DNA of 57,245 nucleotides from a virus (Duplodnaviria > Caudoviricetes): positions 1 to 57,245 of the IMG/VR virus record IMGVR_UViG_3300010376_000010; one strand, 5' to 3'. The position numbers and the translations under genes were made by a program. This document shows positions 45,437 through 56,061 of the stretch, piece by piece (position 1 is the first letter of the stretch; every line of letters begins with the position of its first letter). The notes below the pieces were generated by a model. That model did no database searches and was not told where the DNA came from. It saw only the letters and a program-made list of their open reading frames with translations.

Positions 45437-48400
45437 TTACTTCGTAACCTTCCAGATGTAATGGACGTAGGTGACGCGGAAGTTCGTGCCGTTGCCAGGA
45501 ACCATTTGCGCGGCAATGCTGACGGTATGTGCACCGGGAGTCGTGACCTGTATCCGCCCGCCGATGGGGATGGTGGCGTAGTCCTGCGCGCTGGAGAGTG
45601 CCGTGGTGGAGAAGATTGCAGCCTGGTTCATGTTCGTGGCGTGATCGAGCCACGGGGCACACGCGCACAGAAGCGGCATCGTCCCCGTCGCAGTATCGAC
45701 ACGCACCCACCCCTGAACTTCGATCCAGCAGTTGCAGTTCGTCGTGATACCTGTGACGGTGCCGGGAACCTCGATAAACGTGGTTGACCCTGTGGTATAG
45801 AGCGGTGACAGGTTGGCGTAGCCGATCTGCTCATCATCCATCACGTTCCAGTTCGTGCCATCGAAGTAGTACCAGCAGTGGGTGTCATTCCGGTAGTGAC
45901 ACGCTCCGGTGTTCGCGCCGCCGGGGAAGTTCGTGGAGCCGAAGATACCGACCGTGCCGCCGAAATAGGCGGCCCAGTTGTTCGTCCCGATGCTCGGTTG
46001 CGCGGTATAGATGCTGTAGGCGTTCGTGATCGCGGCGCTGCCCGCACCGCGTGTCGGCCCACCGTTGAACTGTGAGAACGCGTTACTGATCGCCCCTGCC
46101 GTCGTATCAATCGCGGGGGCAACCTGCAATCCGAGGGCTTGTTGCGTTGCCTGCGCGCGAATGGTCGGCCCCAGATACATCCCGACCGCGTTCCCACTGG
46201 CGGGGCCAACGATGGTGAGGCCCGTCCCCATGTTGTACCCCGTCGTTGCGGCAGGGGCCGCACCATGACCGACCGTTCCGGTGACTTGTAGCGTGCTGCT
46301 CATCTGCACCGCGCCGGTCACATCGAGTGCGTTCCCGGCTCCCGGCATCGTTGGGCCACCCACACGAACCGGCCCTGAGAGAATCGCGCTGGCATTGTTT
46401 GTCCCGATCGTCGGCAGATCGACGTTCAGACCGACCATATTCGTCACCGCGCCGGACTGCTTCGTCGGCTGCGTGATGTGGAACGCACTCAGCGTCGTGA
46501 CGACATTGGACCCGTTGGTCAGCGCACCGTTCCCTGCCCGCTGAATGTCAACCAGTGCCGCAGCCGCAGTGACATTCGCGGTCGGCTTGATGGATAACCC
46601 GTGATCATTCACCAGCGCGTCGGCAGGGACGACTATGAGCGGTGTGGTGGTGGTGTTCGGATCCGCCTGCCAGACCAGACCCTGATTGAACCCGTTCGCA
46701 CCCGTGCCGCCGTCCGCGACACCGATGGCACCGCCAGCACCGACCGTGACGCCACCCACCCGGAGCCACGCGCGCGCGTCCTCGCACCAGCCATTCTGGT
46801 TGTCGTTGTCCGTGCGGATGTACGTCATCTGACTGGTGTAGTGGATGTAGGCGAGCGCCGTGTACTGCGAAAGCGCGGCGGGATAGGACGGGTTGGCGAG
46901 GTCCGTGAAGGTCGCGCCCGTCGTCCATCCGAACGTGCGCTGTCCCGTGTCGAAGTAGAGGAGGTCAATCCGGAAGTTGCCCGCAGTGGGCTTCGTCGTG
47001 GACGCATTCTGCACCGTCGCCGCCTGCTGCCGGATGACGCCGTCCGTGCCGCGATAGCGGAATGGCTCGACATTGACGGAGTACGACGGCGTGTTCGTCT
47101 GGAAGACCCGCGCCTCGTCCATCGCCGAGGTGAAGATGAACGGCACGCCCGCCTGACCGTGGACATGGTTGACGGGCGCATACGGCCCGCCGCTTCCCGA
47201 TCCGGATGACGCCTGCGGCGCGTTCAGGATCATGCGCGCGCCGAGGATGTCCGACTGCTGAATGCCCTGCGCCAGCATGCCGGAATACGCCTGAATGACG
47301 GCCACGGGTGTCGTGTTCGGCGAGACATGAGGGATATTGTTCGGATTGAAACTGCCCATCATGTCGGTGCTGGTCGAAATGGCGAAGTCCGGCGTCGAGT
47401 TGATGGCGATCAGGATGTAGCGATAGGTGCTCGACCCGGTTGCCGGGATGTACTGCGTCAGATCCGGCGTCCACCCTCCGGGCCAGAGGACGAGGGAGTT
47501 GTCATCGTTCCACTTCCGCAGCGCGTTCACCCAGACCGTCGTGTTTGGCGGATTGTGGGCCGTGACGGACCCCTCATTCAGCTTCACGGTGTCGATGGAG
47601 CGATCGATGATCTGGCCCGCCTGAACCGAGCCGTCGATCTGTGCCTCGCCGTTCGCGCCATGCTTATGCCCGACCGCGCTGAAGCCCGCTGTCGTCGCCG
47701 CCGCCAGCTTCGCCGGGGTGATTGCGCCGTCCTGAATCGCTGCGGTATCGACCGATGCGTCTGCCAGCTCACTGGCCGTGATCGCATTGGCCGCGATGTT
47801 GGTCGCGGTGATCGTGTCCGTGCCGATGTCCGTGCCGGTGATCGTGCCATCAAGGATCTGCGTCGAGGTGACCGATCCCGTTGCCAGCTCGGACGTGCCG
47901 ACGCTGCCATCGATGATCTGGGCCGCGCCAACGCTGCTGTTCGCCATCATTGACTGAACGATCGCCCCCGGCGTAACGCCAGTTGCATTCCCGGTGAGCG
48001 GTCCCGTGAATGAGGGTGCGCTCACCGGTATATTGGAACTCACCGCAGTGGGTGAGATGCCCCACAGCGTGGTGGTCCCTGCATTGTTCTGCACCGCCAC
48101 GATCGTCTGCGCGGGATCACCCGGAGCGTTGTGGAGGATCAGCGCCGCCTGCGACGGTGCCGCCGTACCGGAATAGCTCTGCGGCCCGAGGTGGGTGTGA
48201 TTCCCTGCCGCCGCCTGATTCGCCGTCGTGCCGATCGTGTGATGGAGCGCGGTCGGCGCGCTGTCGGTGTCCGGTGTGAGATGGGTGTTTGCCTGCGCGA
48301 GCTGCCCGCCGTGGGTGTTGTCCGCGTGATTATGCTGTCGCAGCAGGTTCGCGATGTTGTAGATCGTGTCGGTGCCAAGGCTGGCAACCTTCTGCATGAA

Positions 48401-48679
48401 GAGGCCGGGGTACGCGCCGAGCACCTTCGACAGGGCACCCCACGTGCCGTCGTTATAGATGCGCTGGGTTGCCGGATTCTGCACCTGGCTCGATCCGACC
48501 TCGGCGAGACTGACGCCGATCGTGATCTGCGGATCCTGATGCTGCAACGCGCCATTCGTTGTCAGGCCCGCCTCATGCGACTCATAGGTCGCCTTGACCT
48601 TGTTGAGATCGTTCCAGATCGAGTCGGACGTGATGTAATCGAGGTCATCACGCGGCTTGGCATAGGCAGTGATCGGCAC
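45437..48679 (-). CDS. Tail fibre / receptor-binding protein
   Basis: 1080 aa; 10-residue repeats (I.DG.V/IT..L/I); AAAGNHTH; AIGVADGGTGA. Confidence 0.75.
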   Translation of the reverse strand: MPITAYAKPRDDLDYITSDSIWNDLNKVKATYESHEAGLTTNGALQHQDPQITIGVSLAEVGSSQVQNPATQRIYNDGTWGALSKVLGAYPGLFMQKVASLGTDTIYNIANLLRQHNHADNTHGGQLAQANTHLTPDTDSAPTALHHTIGTTANQAAAGNHTHLGPQSYSGTAAPSQAALILHNAPGDPAQTIVAVQNNAGTTTLWGISPTAVSSNIPVSAPSFTGPLTGNATGVTPGAIVQSMMANSSVGAAQIIDGSVGTSELATGSVTSTQILDGTITGTDIGTDTITATNIAANAITASELADASVDTAAIQDGAITPAKLAAATTAGFSAVGHKHGANGEAQIDGSVQAGQIIDRSIDTVKLNEGSVTAHNPPNTTVWVNALRKWNDDNSLVLWPGGWTPDLTQYIPATGSSTYRYILIAINSTPDFAISTSTDMMGSFNPNNIPHVSPNTTPVAVIQAYSGMLAQGIQQSDILGARMILNAPQASSGSGSGGPYAPVNHVHGQAGVPFIFTSAMDEARVFQTNTPSYSVNVEPFRYRGTDGVIRQQAATVQNASTTKPTAGNFRIDLLYFDTGQRTFGWTTGATFTDLANPSYPAALSQYTALAYIHYTSQMTYIRTDNDNQNGWCEDARAWLRVGGVTVGAGGAIGVADGGTGANGFNQGLVWQADPNTTTTPLIVVPADALVNDHGLSIKPTANVTAAAALVDIQRAGNGALTNGSNVVTTLSAFHITQPTKQSGAVTNMVGLNVDLPTIGTNNASAILSGPVRVGGPTMPGAGNALDVTGAVQMSSTLQVTGTVGHGAAPAATTGYNMGTGLTIVGPASGNAVGMYLGPTIRAQATQQALGLQVAPAIDTTAGAISNAFSQFNGGPTRGAGSAAITNAYSIYTAQPSIGTNNWAAYFGGTVGIFGSTNFPGGANTGACHYRNDTHCWYYFDGTNWNVMDDEQIGYANLSPLYTTGSTTFIEVPGTVTGITTNCNCWIEVQGWVRVDTATGTMPLLCACAPWLDHATNMNQAAIFSTTALSSAQDYATIPIGGRIQVTTPGAHTVSIAAQMVPGNGTNFRVTYVHYIWKVTK

Positions 48680-48691
48680 CGGGATCTCCTC

Positions 48692-49657
48692 TCAGATTGA
48701 GCGCTTCGGACGCCACTGGACCGTTGCGAGACTCCCCGGATCGGGCGGGTTTGCACCCGGATTGGGAGCCTGAACGGCGAGCGGGTTGCCGCGCGAATCC
48801 GCCTGCACGAAGAAGTTGTTCACCACGTCCGGCAGGATCGAGAGCCACGTCGGCGTCGGCCAGATCTTGCGGATGTACTGGAACGCGGGCTGCGGCGTCT
48901 GACTCCCGGCAGGCGTCAGCAGCGCGCGCCGCGAACCGAAATCGATCGACAGGTAATCGCCGTCGTTGAGCCGCAGCATCACGTAGAAACCGGTCGCCGA
49001 CTCATTCATCCAGCAGGCAAAGGCATAGGTCACGGGATCAACCGCATCACCGAATGGACCGGTGATCGTGATGACGGGGTCCGTCGTTGCCGCCGTCGCG
49101 CCCGTGGTCGCGAGCGTGTTGTCCATCACGAGCTGGTTCGTGATCCCCGTGAGCTGGAGCTTGTCCGCTTTCGCCCCATACTGGGCATGATTGCCGTAGA
49201 GCGTGTAGCGGCCATAGATCGCCACCCCCGGCGGTGCCGGATACTTGATGTAGTCCTCCAGCATCAGCCACGACGCCTCGATGATGTGCGAGGCGTCGCT
49301 CGTCGCCGTCTGATGATGCGGGTTCGCGACGAGGATGCACTGCGCGAACCAGTGACTGCCGCTGTCCGTGCGGAAGGCCAGTGTCTGCGGCAGGCCATGG
49401 TCCACCGCGACCATGAATGCGTCGCGCATCGTGTCCACCGACTTGCCGTCACCGATCGGGTTGATCTGAAACTGGTAGGTGATCACATTCATGTCGCGAT
49501 CGAACGGCGCATTGCCGCGCGGGTTCGCGGGACCGCCCCCACCGGGCACAATGAATGCCGAGTTCCGGCGCGGGTTCGGTACCGTCAGGTCCGCCTGCCG
49601 CTTCGGGAAGAAGTACTGGCTGTTGAGTTTGGGATGCAATGCGTAGTCGAGATACAT
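48692..49657 (-). CDS. Distal tail (Dit)-like protein
   Basis: Directly after the tape measure; PVITITGP, LSIDF, LSILPDVVN motifs. Confidence 0.7.
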   Translation of the reverse strand: MYLDYALHPKLNSQYFFPKRQADLTVPNPRRNSAFIVPGGGGPANPRGNAPFDRDMNVITYQFQINPIGDGKSVDTMRDAFMVAVDHGLPQTLAFRTDSGSHWFAQCILVANPHHQTATSDASHIIEASWLMLEDYIKYPAPPGVAIYGRYTLYGNHAQYGAKADKLQLTGITNQLVMDNTLATTGATAATTDPVITITGPFGDAVDPVTYAFACWMNESATGFYVMLRLNDGDYLSIDFGSRRALLTPAGSQTPQPAFQYIRKIWPTPTWLSILPDVVNNFFVQADSRGNPLAVQAPNPGANPPDPGSLATVQWRPKRSI

Positions 49658-49765
49658 TTCTGAACCCCGTCTAAAGTGGCGCCCTCGGATTGGAGATGGC
49701 GGACAGCAGGGGTAGACAGCGGGTTCGGGACAAACGAAACCGCCTACTCCCTGCCGCCCGTCACC

Positions 49766-52700
49766 TCAGTACCGTGGGTTACCCTGAGAGGCAGCGCGCG
49801 CCGCGATGCCGTTCCTGCGGACCTGAATGTCCTTCTGCCGGTCACGTGCAGACACCCACTGCGTGAGCTTGTTGAACATCTGCTCGTCGGTGACGCTGTT
49901 GCCGCTGGCGTGGAAGTTGAGCGTGTAGACATCGCCGCTGCCGGGGTTCGTGCCGCTGACATAGCGGGTGAGGTTGCCACCGGGGATGTAGCCACGCGCC
50001 ACGGACTGGGAGTGTGAGAGAACGGAGAAGTTGCCGACTACGACTTCGGCCGTGCTCATGTCACCGGACGGTGAGTCGCCGACGATCGCCATGCCACTGA
50101 CATAGCCGCCACCGGCTTTCGTCGGCACCGGGTTACCGGTCGCACCGGAGAGCACGGACGCCAGCGACGATCCGACATTGCCGATCTGATCACCGAGCGA
50201 CTGCCAGACCGAGAGCGCATTCTGCGCCGCCTGGAGCCGGTCCTGTTCTTCCTTCTGTAGATTCTGCTGCCCTGTTATTTCGTCGTCGATTGCCTTTTGC
50301 GCATCTTCATACTGGCGCTGCTGGGCAATCCTGGTCGTTTCGATCGCAGTCTGCTCGTCTTCTGACGCCCGCTGCTCCGCGAGTCGCTGCGTCTCGATAT
50401 TGAACTGCTCGTCTTCTGACTGGCGCTGGCGCGTCTTATCCTCTTCAGCCCACTGGTTCATCACCATCTGATGGCTGATCTGGCGCTTGGCATCTTCGTC
50501 GGCGAGCCGGTTCGTCTCGTCGTCATAGGCGCGTTGCATCGCGGTGGATTGATTGTTGATATCTTCCAGCGCCTGCTGATGGGCGCGATCCTCCGCAATC
50601 CGTTGTGTCTCGAGATTATATAGCTGATCAGCAGCAGCTTTGTCCTCGGCATCCATCTGCTTCTGGAGATTGTCGCTCTGGGTCTTGTACAGCTCGTCGG
50701 CGTTGGCCTGGGTATCTTTGAGGACGGCGGCGGCGAGGCCGTACTGATTGGCACCCTCGTTCGTGGTCGCTCCCCGTGCCTGGGCGGTGAAGAGCTGACC
50801 CTGTGCGGATCGCTGTGCCGTCTGATTCGTGTAGCTCGTGTCAAGCGCCGTCTTCTCATCCGTAAGCATCTGCTTGACCTGAGTGCCATAGTGCTGGAGG
50901 GCGCGCTCCTGATCCGCGATCGCGTTACTGGCTACGGTGTAGCGATCGTTTTCGGCGGTTGTCTCATCCTGAATCCGGCGCATTTCGAGCTGATGGGCAA
51001 CGTCCCGCAGGCGATTCTGCTCCTGAAGAATATTCTGTTCGTTCTGCCACGCCTGGTTGACCGCGTCTCGCTGATCCTGAATCGCCCGCGACTGGAGCGT
51101 CTGATCCCGCTGGCGCTCCCGGTCGGCATCCTGCTCGGCCCGCTGGATCTGGGTCTGCTGGGCCTGCCGCGCGCGGTCCTGATCCTGTTGCTGGCGCTGA
51201 ACCTGATTTTCCTGATTGGTCAGGTCCGTTTTGCGCTGCTGGAGGGCGGCAATCTGATCGCCGGTCTGTTTCATTTCCTCCATGATTCCGAGCTGGGTAT
51301 TCAGGGCATCCGCAACCGGGCCACTGGCAATGTCGGCGATTTTCTGCTGCTGGGCCGCGAGATCCCCGGTTCCGGAATCGATCGCGTCGATCGCGTCTCC
51401 CCACGCCGTCGTCAGCTCCAGTGTCTGACCGACCGCGTTCGTCATCGCGGTCTGCTTCTGGGCATCGGTGGCGTCGGGTGCGAGTTTCGCTTTGGCGATC
51501 TTCTCCATGATCGGCAGGAGCGTCTGCATCTCCTGTTCGATATTGGCGATGTTCCTCGGATCCGCGCGACCGAGCATGGCGTTGAAATCGCCCTGGGCAG
51601 CGGTCGCGCCCATGATGGCCTGCTTCAGCGCTTCCTCGTCCGCTTTGGCGCGCGCCGCCGCCGCCTGGGCATCGGGCGTGTTCGGGTCACGGAAGTTGAC
51701 CCCGCCGATGTTGTATGCGCCTGCGGTAGCACCGGCAACGCCACCGGCCAGCGATAACGGGTTGACCGCGCCGACGCCGGGGATGTGGACGAACTGCGCC
51801 CCCGCGCCGATGTCCTCGGTGTGGATTTGCCCACCGACGCCGCTCGGATCCCCCTTGTCCCACGTGGACACCTGCTTGCCGCCACCCATGTAAATGGCGA
51901 CATGACCGTCGCCGCTGGCGTCCGGGTAGTAGACAAGGTCACCCGGTTGTGCCTGGGCTTTATCGACCGTCAACCCCTGCTGCTTCGCGGCGTTGAATGC
52001 GGTGGTGGCACTGTGCTGACCGGTGAGCGGGTCCGCGCCGGGGCCGAGAATGGCATTGATCGTCTTTTCAACCCACGCTTCGCACTGGTCGATGAACTCC
52101 GACTTGCCGACGGACTGGAGCGCGAGCGCGACGATCTGATTGCCAACATCGTTGACCGCCTGTGTCGCGTTGGAGGTCACCTGACCGGGTGTGCCGAGCG
52201 CGGGAATGGCCGCACTGATCTGCTGGAAGGCACCCGCCTTGCCCTGTCCCTGATCGGCCGTCTGATAGTTTGAGAAGCTCGTGCCGTACTGCTTGATCCA
52301 CCCGGCGATGTCGCGCAGGAAGTTCTCGTAGCTGCTGTAGCCCGCGTACTCTGGACCGCCATCGGTGGCGCGGATGCCGCTATCGAACGAATAGCCTCGG
52401 TTGTTGACTCCCATGCCGCCGTAGTTATAGACCTGACCGATCTTCCCGGCATTGGAACCGAACCCGGACTCGGTCTGCATGATGGCGAGGAGCTGGCGCG
52501 GATCGACGCCGGTATCCTGCGACACCTTCAGGAGCGTCGCGTATGCCTGCACATTGTTGATCGGCGAACCGGCGAACTTCGACAGGTAGGACGAGTACTG
52601 CGAGAACCCGGCGTCGCCGGTCCCGGCCGTGCTGCCTGCGGTGTATTGCGTGCCGGTCGGGCCACCGAAGCCGACGCCACCGTACGGCTGGTTGGTCACC

Positions 52701-55669
52701 GGCAGTCCGGAGCCGCCAGCCGGGAGGTAGCCGCCTGCGGTGCCAAGGGCGTTCACCACCCATGACGGCAGGCCGGTCGCGTCCATCACCAGCTTGACGT
52801 TGACCGTCGCCTCGTGCTTCCCATTGACGAGGTCGTCAACCTGCTTCTGGACATCCTTCATATTCGATTCGACCTGAATCTCCAGTTGCTGCGGACCACC
52901 GAGATTGCCCACGAGGCCGCGCACCAGAGAATCGGTCTTCTCGTAGTCGGGGAAGTTCCCTGCGATGCCGAGGATGTCACCAGCCTGATTGGAGACGAGG
53001 CGCTGCCGCGTGCCCGCGATGTTGGCGTAGATCGTGTCGGCTTCGCGGAGGATCTGTAGCTGCTCGGGCGTCGCGACGCCGATCTTCTGCGCCTCTTTCG
53101 CCGAGGCCACCTGTTCGTCGAGCTTCTTTTTGAGGTCATCGAGCGCCGCGACGCGCTTGTCCGTGTCGTCAAAGAGCGCCAGATAACCGCGATAGCTCTC
53201 ACTGGCCGTATCGGTCGCGTCGGCGATCGCCTTGAAACTGTCGGCCAGATTCTTCAGACCGGAGAGCGCCTGATTCGCCTGCCCGAGGTTCTGGAGGTCC
53301 GTGACCGCCTTGTCGAGCGCGGGCGCGGCCGTCACCAGACCCTGAATCCCCTGGGAGAGGTTGACGGACTGCGCCGCCTGCCCCGCCGCCTTCCATGCAT
53401 TGGCGAGATCCTGAAGGTTCTGCTTGGCGCGCTGCACCTGATCGGAGGTCGCCTGGACGCCGGTCCCCGTCACTCCATAGATGGCGCGATTGATGTCCTC
53501 TTCACTGGCTCCCTGCGCCTGCGCGGTTCCGGCCTGCAAGCGTTCGTCGTTGAACTTCTCGATCGCCGCCTGGGTGGCGTTCGTCTCCTCGCGGAACTGC
53601 TTCATGGCAGGGTTCAGACCCTGATAGAACATGTTCGTCAGGTCATTGGCATTGGTGAGCACGCCACCGAAGGTGCTCTTCAGCCCTTCGAATGACTGCG
53701 TCGCCTCGTCTACCGTCTTCTGACCGGTGGCGACCTGATTGAGCAGATCCTGCACCTCACGCACGCCCGCCTGATTGGCGAGGTTCTGGACGAGCGTGGT
53801 CGCCAGCGGCGCGCGCGGCGTTTGCGCCGCCCGGTTTGCCGCCTCGATCTGCCGGTTGATCTGGGACGCGATCGAGTTCGAGCCGCCGCCGAAGTCCGTG
53901 AAGGGGTTGCCCGTATCGATCCCGGTGACCCGCTGGAGGATGTCGCGACCGGTGTTGTACGCGCCCCATGGCGTCCCCGGCGCATATTTCAGCATGTTAT
54001 CGACGGCTTTTTTCGTGTTGCCTTCGACGAGCGCCGGGAGCGTATTGGCGACCGCGTCCACGACATTGGCGATCGCGAAGCCGATGATCGCCGCGAGGCC
54101 CGCACCTGCCGCCGTCGCGACGCCTGCGGATGCCTCCGCTGGAACGGCCATCTCACCGAGGCCGGTGAGCGCGGGCGTGACGCGACCGAGCAGACCCTTC
54201 CCGGCCGCAGCAGCGCCGCCGCCAGTCGCCGCTGCCGCGCCCTCGGCCTTCTGCGCCACCGTCGCCGCTTCACCGGTTGCGATCTGCTCGGTGGTCGCGG
54301 CCGCGTTCGCCTCGCGCGCGGTGGTGTCCGCCGTCGTCAGCGCCGTGTGCTGGCCGAGGAGCGCATTCTGCTGCTGGAGCTGGGCATTCTGGGCGGTGAA
54401 GAGCGCGATCGTCGGCGCGAGCACGGAGCGCACCGCCGTGTACGCCACTTCGATCAACTTCATCGCCGTCGCCAGCTCGGCCATGTGGATCGCCGTCGTG
54501 ATCAGGGGCGCGGGGATCTCCGAGAACGCCTTCGCGAGCAGGGAAACGACCGTGAGCAGATCGCCGACATCCTGCGCGATCCCGGCGAAGACCTGTTTGA
54601 ACTGCGCAGACTGAATGAACTGCGCGACCTGGTCGAGTCCCTCGGAGATCTGTGAGAAGAGCGGTTTGCCGAGGTCGGCCAGCTCGACGTTGAACGCGTC
54701 CTTGAGGTTCGACAACCGGCCAAGGAACGTCTTCGATTGCTGTTCCATCAGCCCGCCGAAGCGCTCATTCATCCCCGAGATCAGTGCATTGATCGCGGTC
54801 GCGCTATCGACCGTCCCGGCCGTGACCCGCTTCATCGCCCCGGCCACGTCGGTGTTCAGGACATTCGCCAGCATCTGATACGCGGGAATGCCTGCTTCCG
54901 AGAGCTGTCGGAGATCCTGCGCATTCGCTTTCCCGGCCGCGTTGATCTGGCCGATGGCCGTGACGACGCGCTGGAGCACATCGGCATTGCCACCGACACC
55001 GGCCACCGCGTTGCCGATCGCCGTCATGTCCGGAATGATGTCCTTCGCCGCGATCCCCATACCGAGGAGCTGCTGCGAAAACTTCGTCAGATCGCCGAAC
55101 TGGAACGGCGTCCGCAGGGCGAACTGCTGGAGCTGCTGGAGGAAGTCCGCAGCGGCCGTCTGCCCGCCGAGCGCCTGCGAGAAGGCGACATTCATCTGCT
55201 CCAGTTGGGCATTGAAACCGACGACGGCCTGACCGGCCGCGCCGACCGCGTTCTCGAACTGCCGGAATGCCTGATACCCGCCCGAATACGCCGCGATATT
55301 GACCAGCTTGTCGGCCAGCGAGCCGAGGGCGTTCTCCGTCTCCTTCGCGCCATTGAGCTGGATATCGATCCGGGCGCGCGCCACCGTCGCGTTGTACTGC
55401 CGCGTGAGGAGGGTGATCTCCTGAAGCGATTTCTTCGCCAGTGAATCGTCCATCTCCAGCGGGATATTCAGCTTCTGCGCGCGCATCCGCGCCGTCTCGT
55501 TCTGATAGAGCGCGAGCTTGCGCTTCATATCCTCGTCGTCGAGCGTGACGGGGACGGAGATGCCCTTCGACGCCCGAGCCACCGTCTGCTCGACACGCTC
55601 GACCTTCTGAACGGCGTCCTCACTGCCGGTCACGGCCACTTCGATCAGAATCTTATTGACATCGACCAC
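49766..55669 (-). CDS. Tape measure protein with embedded peptidoglycan-hydrolase domains
   Basis: 1967 aa; FALRTPFQ and QLSEAGIP tape-measure motifs; LLAIMQTESGFG (lysozyme-like); QCEAWV...QPGDLVYY...GHVAIY (NlpC/P60-like). Confidence 0.95.
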   Translation of the reverse strand: MVDVNKILIEVAVTGSEDAVQKVERVEQTVARASKGISVPVTLDDEDMKRKLALYQNETARMRAQKLNIPLEMDDSLAKKSLQEITLLTRQYNATVARARIDIQLNGAKETENALGSLADKLVNIAAYSGGYQAFRQFENAVGAAGQAVVGFNAQLEQMNVAFSQALGGQTAAADFLQQLQQFALRTPFQFGDLTKFSQQLLGMGIAAKDIIPDMTAIGNAVAGVGGNADVLQRVVTAIGQINAAGKANAQDLRQLSEAGIPAYQMLANVLNTDVAGAMKRVTAGTVDSATAINALISGMNERFGGLMEQQSKTFLGRLSNLKDAFNVELADLGKPLFSQISEGLDQVAQFIQSAQFKQVFAGIAQDVGDLLTVVSLLAKAFSEIPAPLITTAIHMAELATAMKLIEVAYTAVRSVLAPTIALFTAQNAQLQQQNALLGQHTALTTADTTAREANAAATTEQIATGEAATVAQKAEGAAAATGGGAAAAGKGLLGRVTPALTGLGEMAVPAEASAGVATAAGAGLAAIIGFAIANVVDAVANTLPALVEGNTKKAVDNMLKYAPGTPWGAYNTGRDILQRVTGIDTGNPFTDFGGGSNSIASQINRQIEAANRAAQTPRAPLATTLVQNLANQAGVREVQDLLNQVATGQKTVDEATQSFEGLKSTFGGVLTNANDLTNMFYQGLNPAMKQFREETNATQAAIEKFNDERLQAGTAQAQGASEEDINRAIYGVTGTGVQATSDQVQRAKQNLQDLANAWKAAGQAAQSVNLSQGIQGLVTAAPALDKAVTDLQNLGQANQALSGLKNLADSFKAIADATDTASESYRGYLALFDDTDKRVAALDDLKKKLDEQVASAKEAQKIGVATPEQLQILREADTIYANIAGTRQRLVSNQAGDILGIAGNFPDYEKTDSLVRGLVGNLGGPQQLEIQVESNMKDVQKQVDDLVNGKHEATVNVKLVMDATGLPSWVVNALGTAGGYLPAGGSGLPVTNQPYGGVGFGGPTGTQYTAGSTAGTGDAGFSQYSSYLSKFAGSPINNVQAYATLLKVSQDTGVDPRQLLAIMQTESGFGSNAGKIGQVYNYGGMGVNNRGYSFDSGIRATDGGPEYAGYSSYENFLRDIAGWIKQYGTSFSNYQTADQGQGKAGAFQQISAAIPALGTPGQVTSNATQAVNDVGNQIVALALQSVGKSEFIDQCEAWVEKTINAILGPGADPLTGQHSATTAFNAAKQQGLTVDKAQAQPGDLVYYPDASGDGHVAIYMGGGKQVSTWDKGDPSGVGGQIHTEDIGAGAQFVHIPGVGAVNPLSLAGGVAGATAGAYNIGGVNFRDPNTPDAQAAAARAKADEEALKQAIMGATAAQGDFNAMLGRADPRNIANIEQEMQTLLPIMEKIAKAKLAPDATDAQKQTAMTNAVGQTLELTTAWGDAIDAIDSGTGDLAAQQQKIADIASGPVADALNTQLGIMEEMKQTGDQIAALQQRKTDLTNQENQVQRQQQDQDRARQAQQTQIQRAEQDADRERQRDQTLQSRAIQDQRDAVNQAWQNEQNILQEQNRLRDVAHQLEMRRIQDETTAENDRYTVASNAIADQERALQHYGTQVKQMLTDEKTALDTSYTNQTAQRSAQGQLFTAQARGATTNEGANQYGLAAAVLKDTQANADELYKTQSDNLQKQMDAEDKAAADQLYNLETQRIAEDRAHQQALEDINNQSTAMQRAYDDETNRLADEDAKRQISHQMVMNQWAEEDKTRQRQSEDEQFNIETQRLAEQRASEDEQTAIETTRIAQQRQYEDAQKAIDDEITGQQNLQKEEQDRLQAAQNALSVWQSLGDQIGNVGSSLASVLSGATGNPVPTKAGGGYVSGMAIVGDSPSGDMSTAEVVVGNFSVLSHSQSVARGYIPGGNLTRYVSGTNPGSGDVYTLNFHASGNSVTDEQMFNKLTQWVSARDRQKDIQVRRNGIAARAASQGNPRY

Positions 55670-55737
55670 AATACCCCCAGAAGGCGCTGAGAGCCACGCT
55701 ACGGGGCGTTCGGCCCGCAGAGGTCATCTCATGCGTC

Positions 55738-56061
55738 TCATGCCTGATCGATGTAGGCGTCGAACTGGGCGGCGCGCGCGTCGGCGTCGGTGGCGCTGGA
55801 CTCGGCTTCTGCCACCTGAACGGTCGTCAGGCTCCCCTCGACGAAATCACCCCACGCGATATCGCGCTGGGAGTTGTCCCGTACGGCCGCGTGGCGGCGG
55901 AAGAGGCCGGTGTGCTTGCCGTCCTTATCGAAGTTGCCGAATGTACAGTAGAAATCGTAGAGCAGATCCTGCTCATGCTGCGGCAGCGCGAGGACTTCGT
56001 TTACGAACTTCCCGAGTCGGTCCCCGATGATGAGGGCGCGGAAGTTCGCTTCGGAAAAAAA
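55738..56061 (-). CDS. Tail assembly chaperone, -1 frameshift extension (gpGT-like)
   Basis: T7 slippery run at 56055-56061; the -1 frame stays open to 55738 (LGKFVNEVLALP). Confidence 0.75.
   Translation of the reverse strand, partial: FFSEANFRALIIGDRLGKFVNEVLALPQHEQDLLYDFYCTFGNFDKDGKHTGLFRRHAAVRDNSQRDIAWGDFVEGSLTTVQVAEAESSATDADARAAQFDAYIDQA

Noticed and set aside
47690-47990. About 30-nt periodic repeats in the fibre gene as a DGR or VNTR
   Set aside because: They encode ordinary 10-aa fibre repeats; no reverse transcriptase or TR/VR pair was seen
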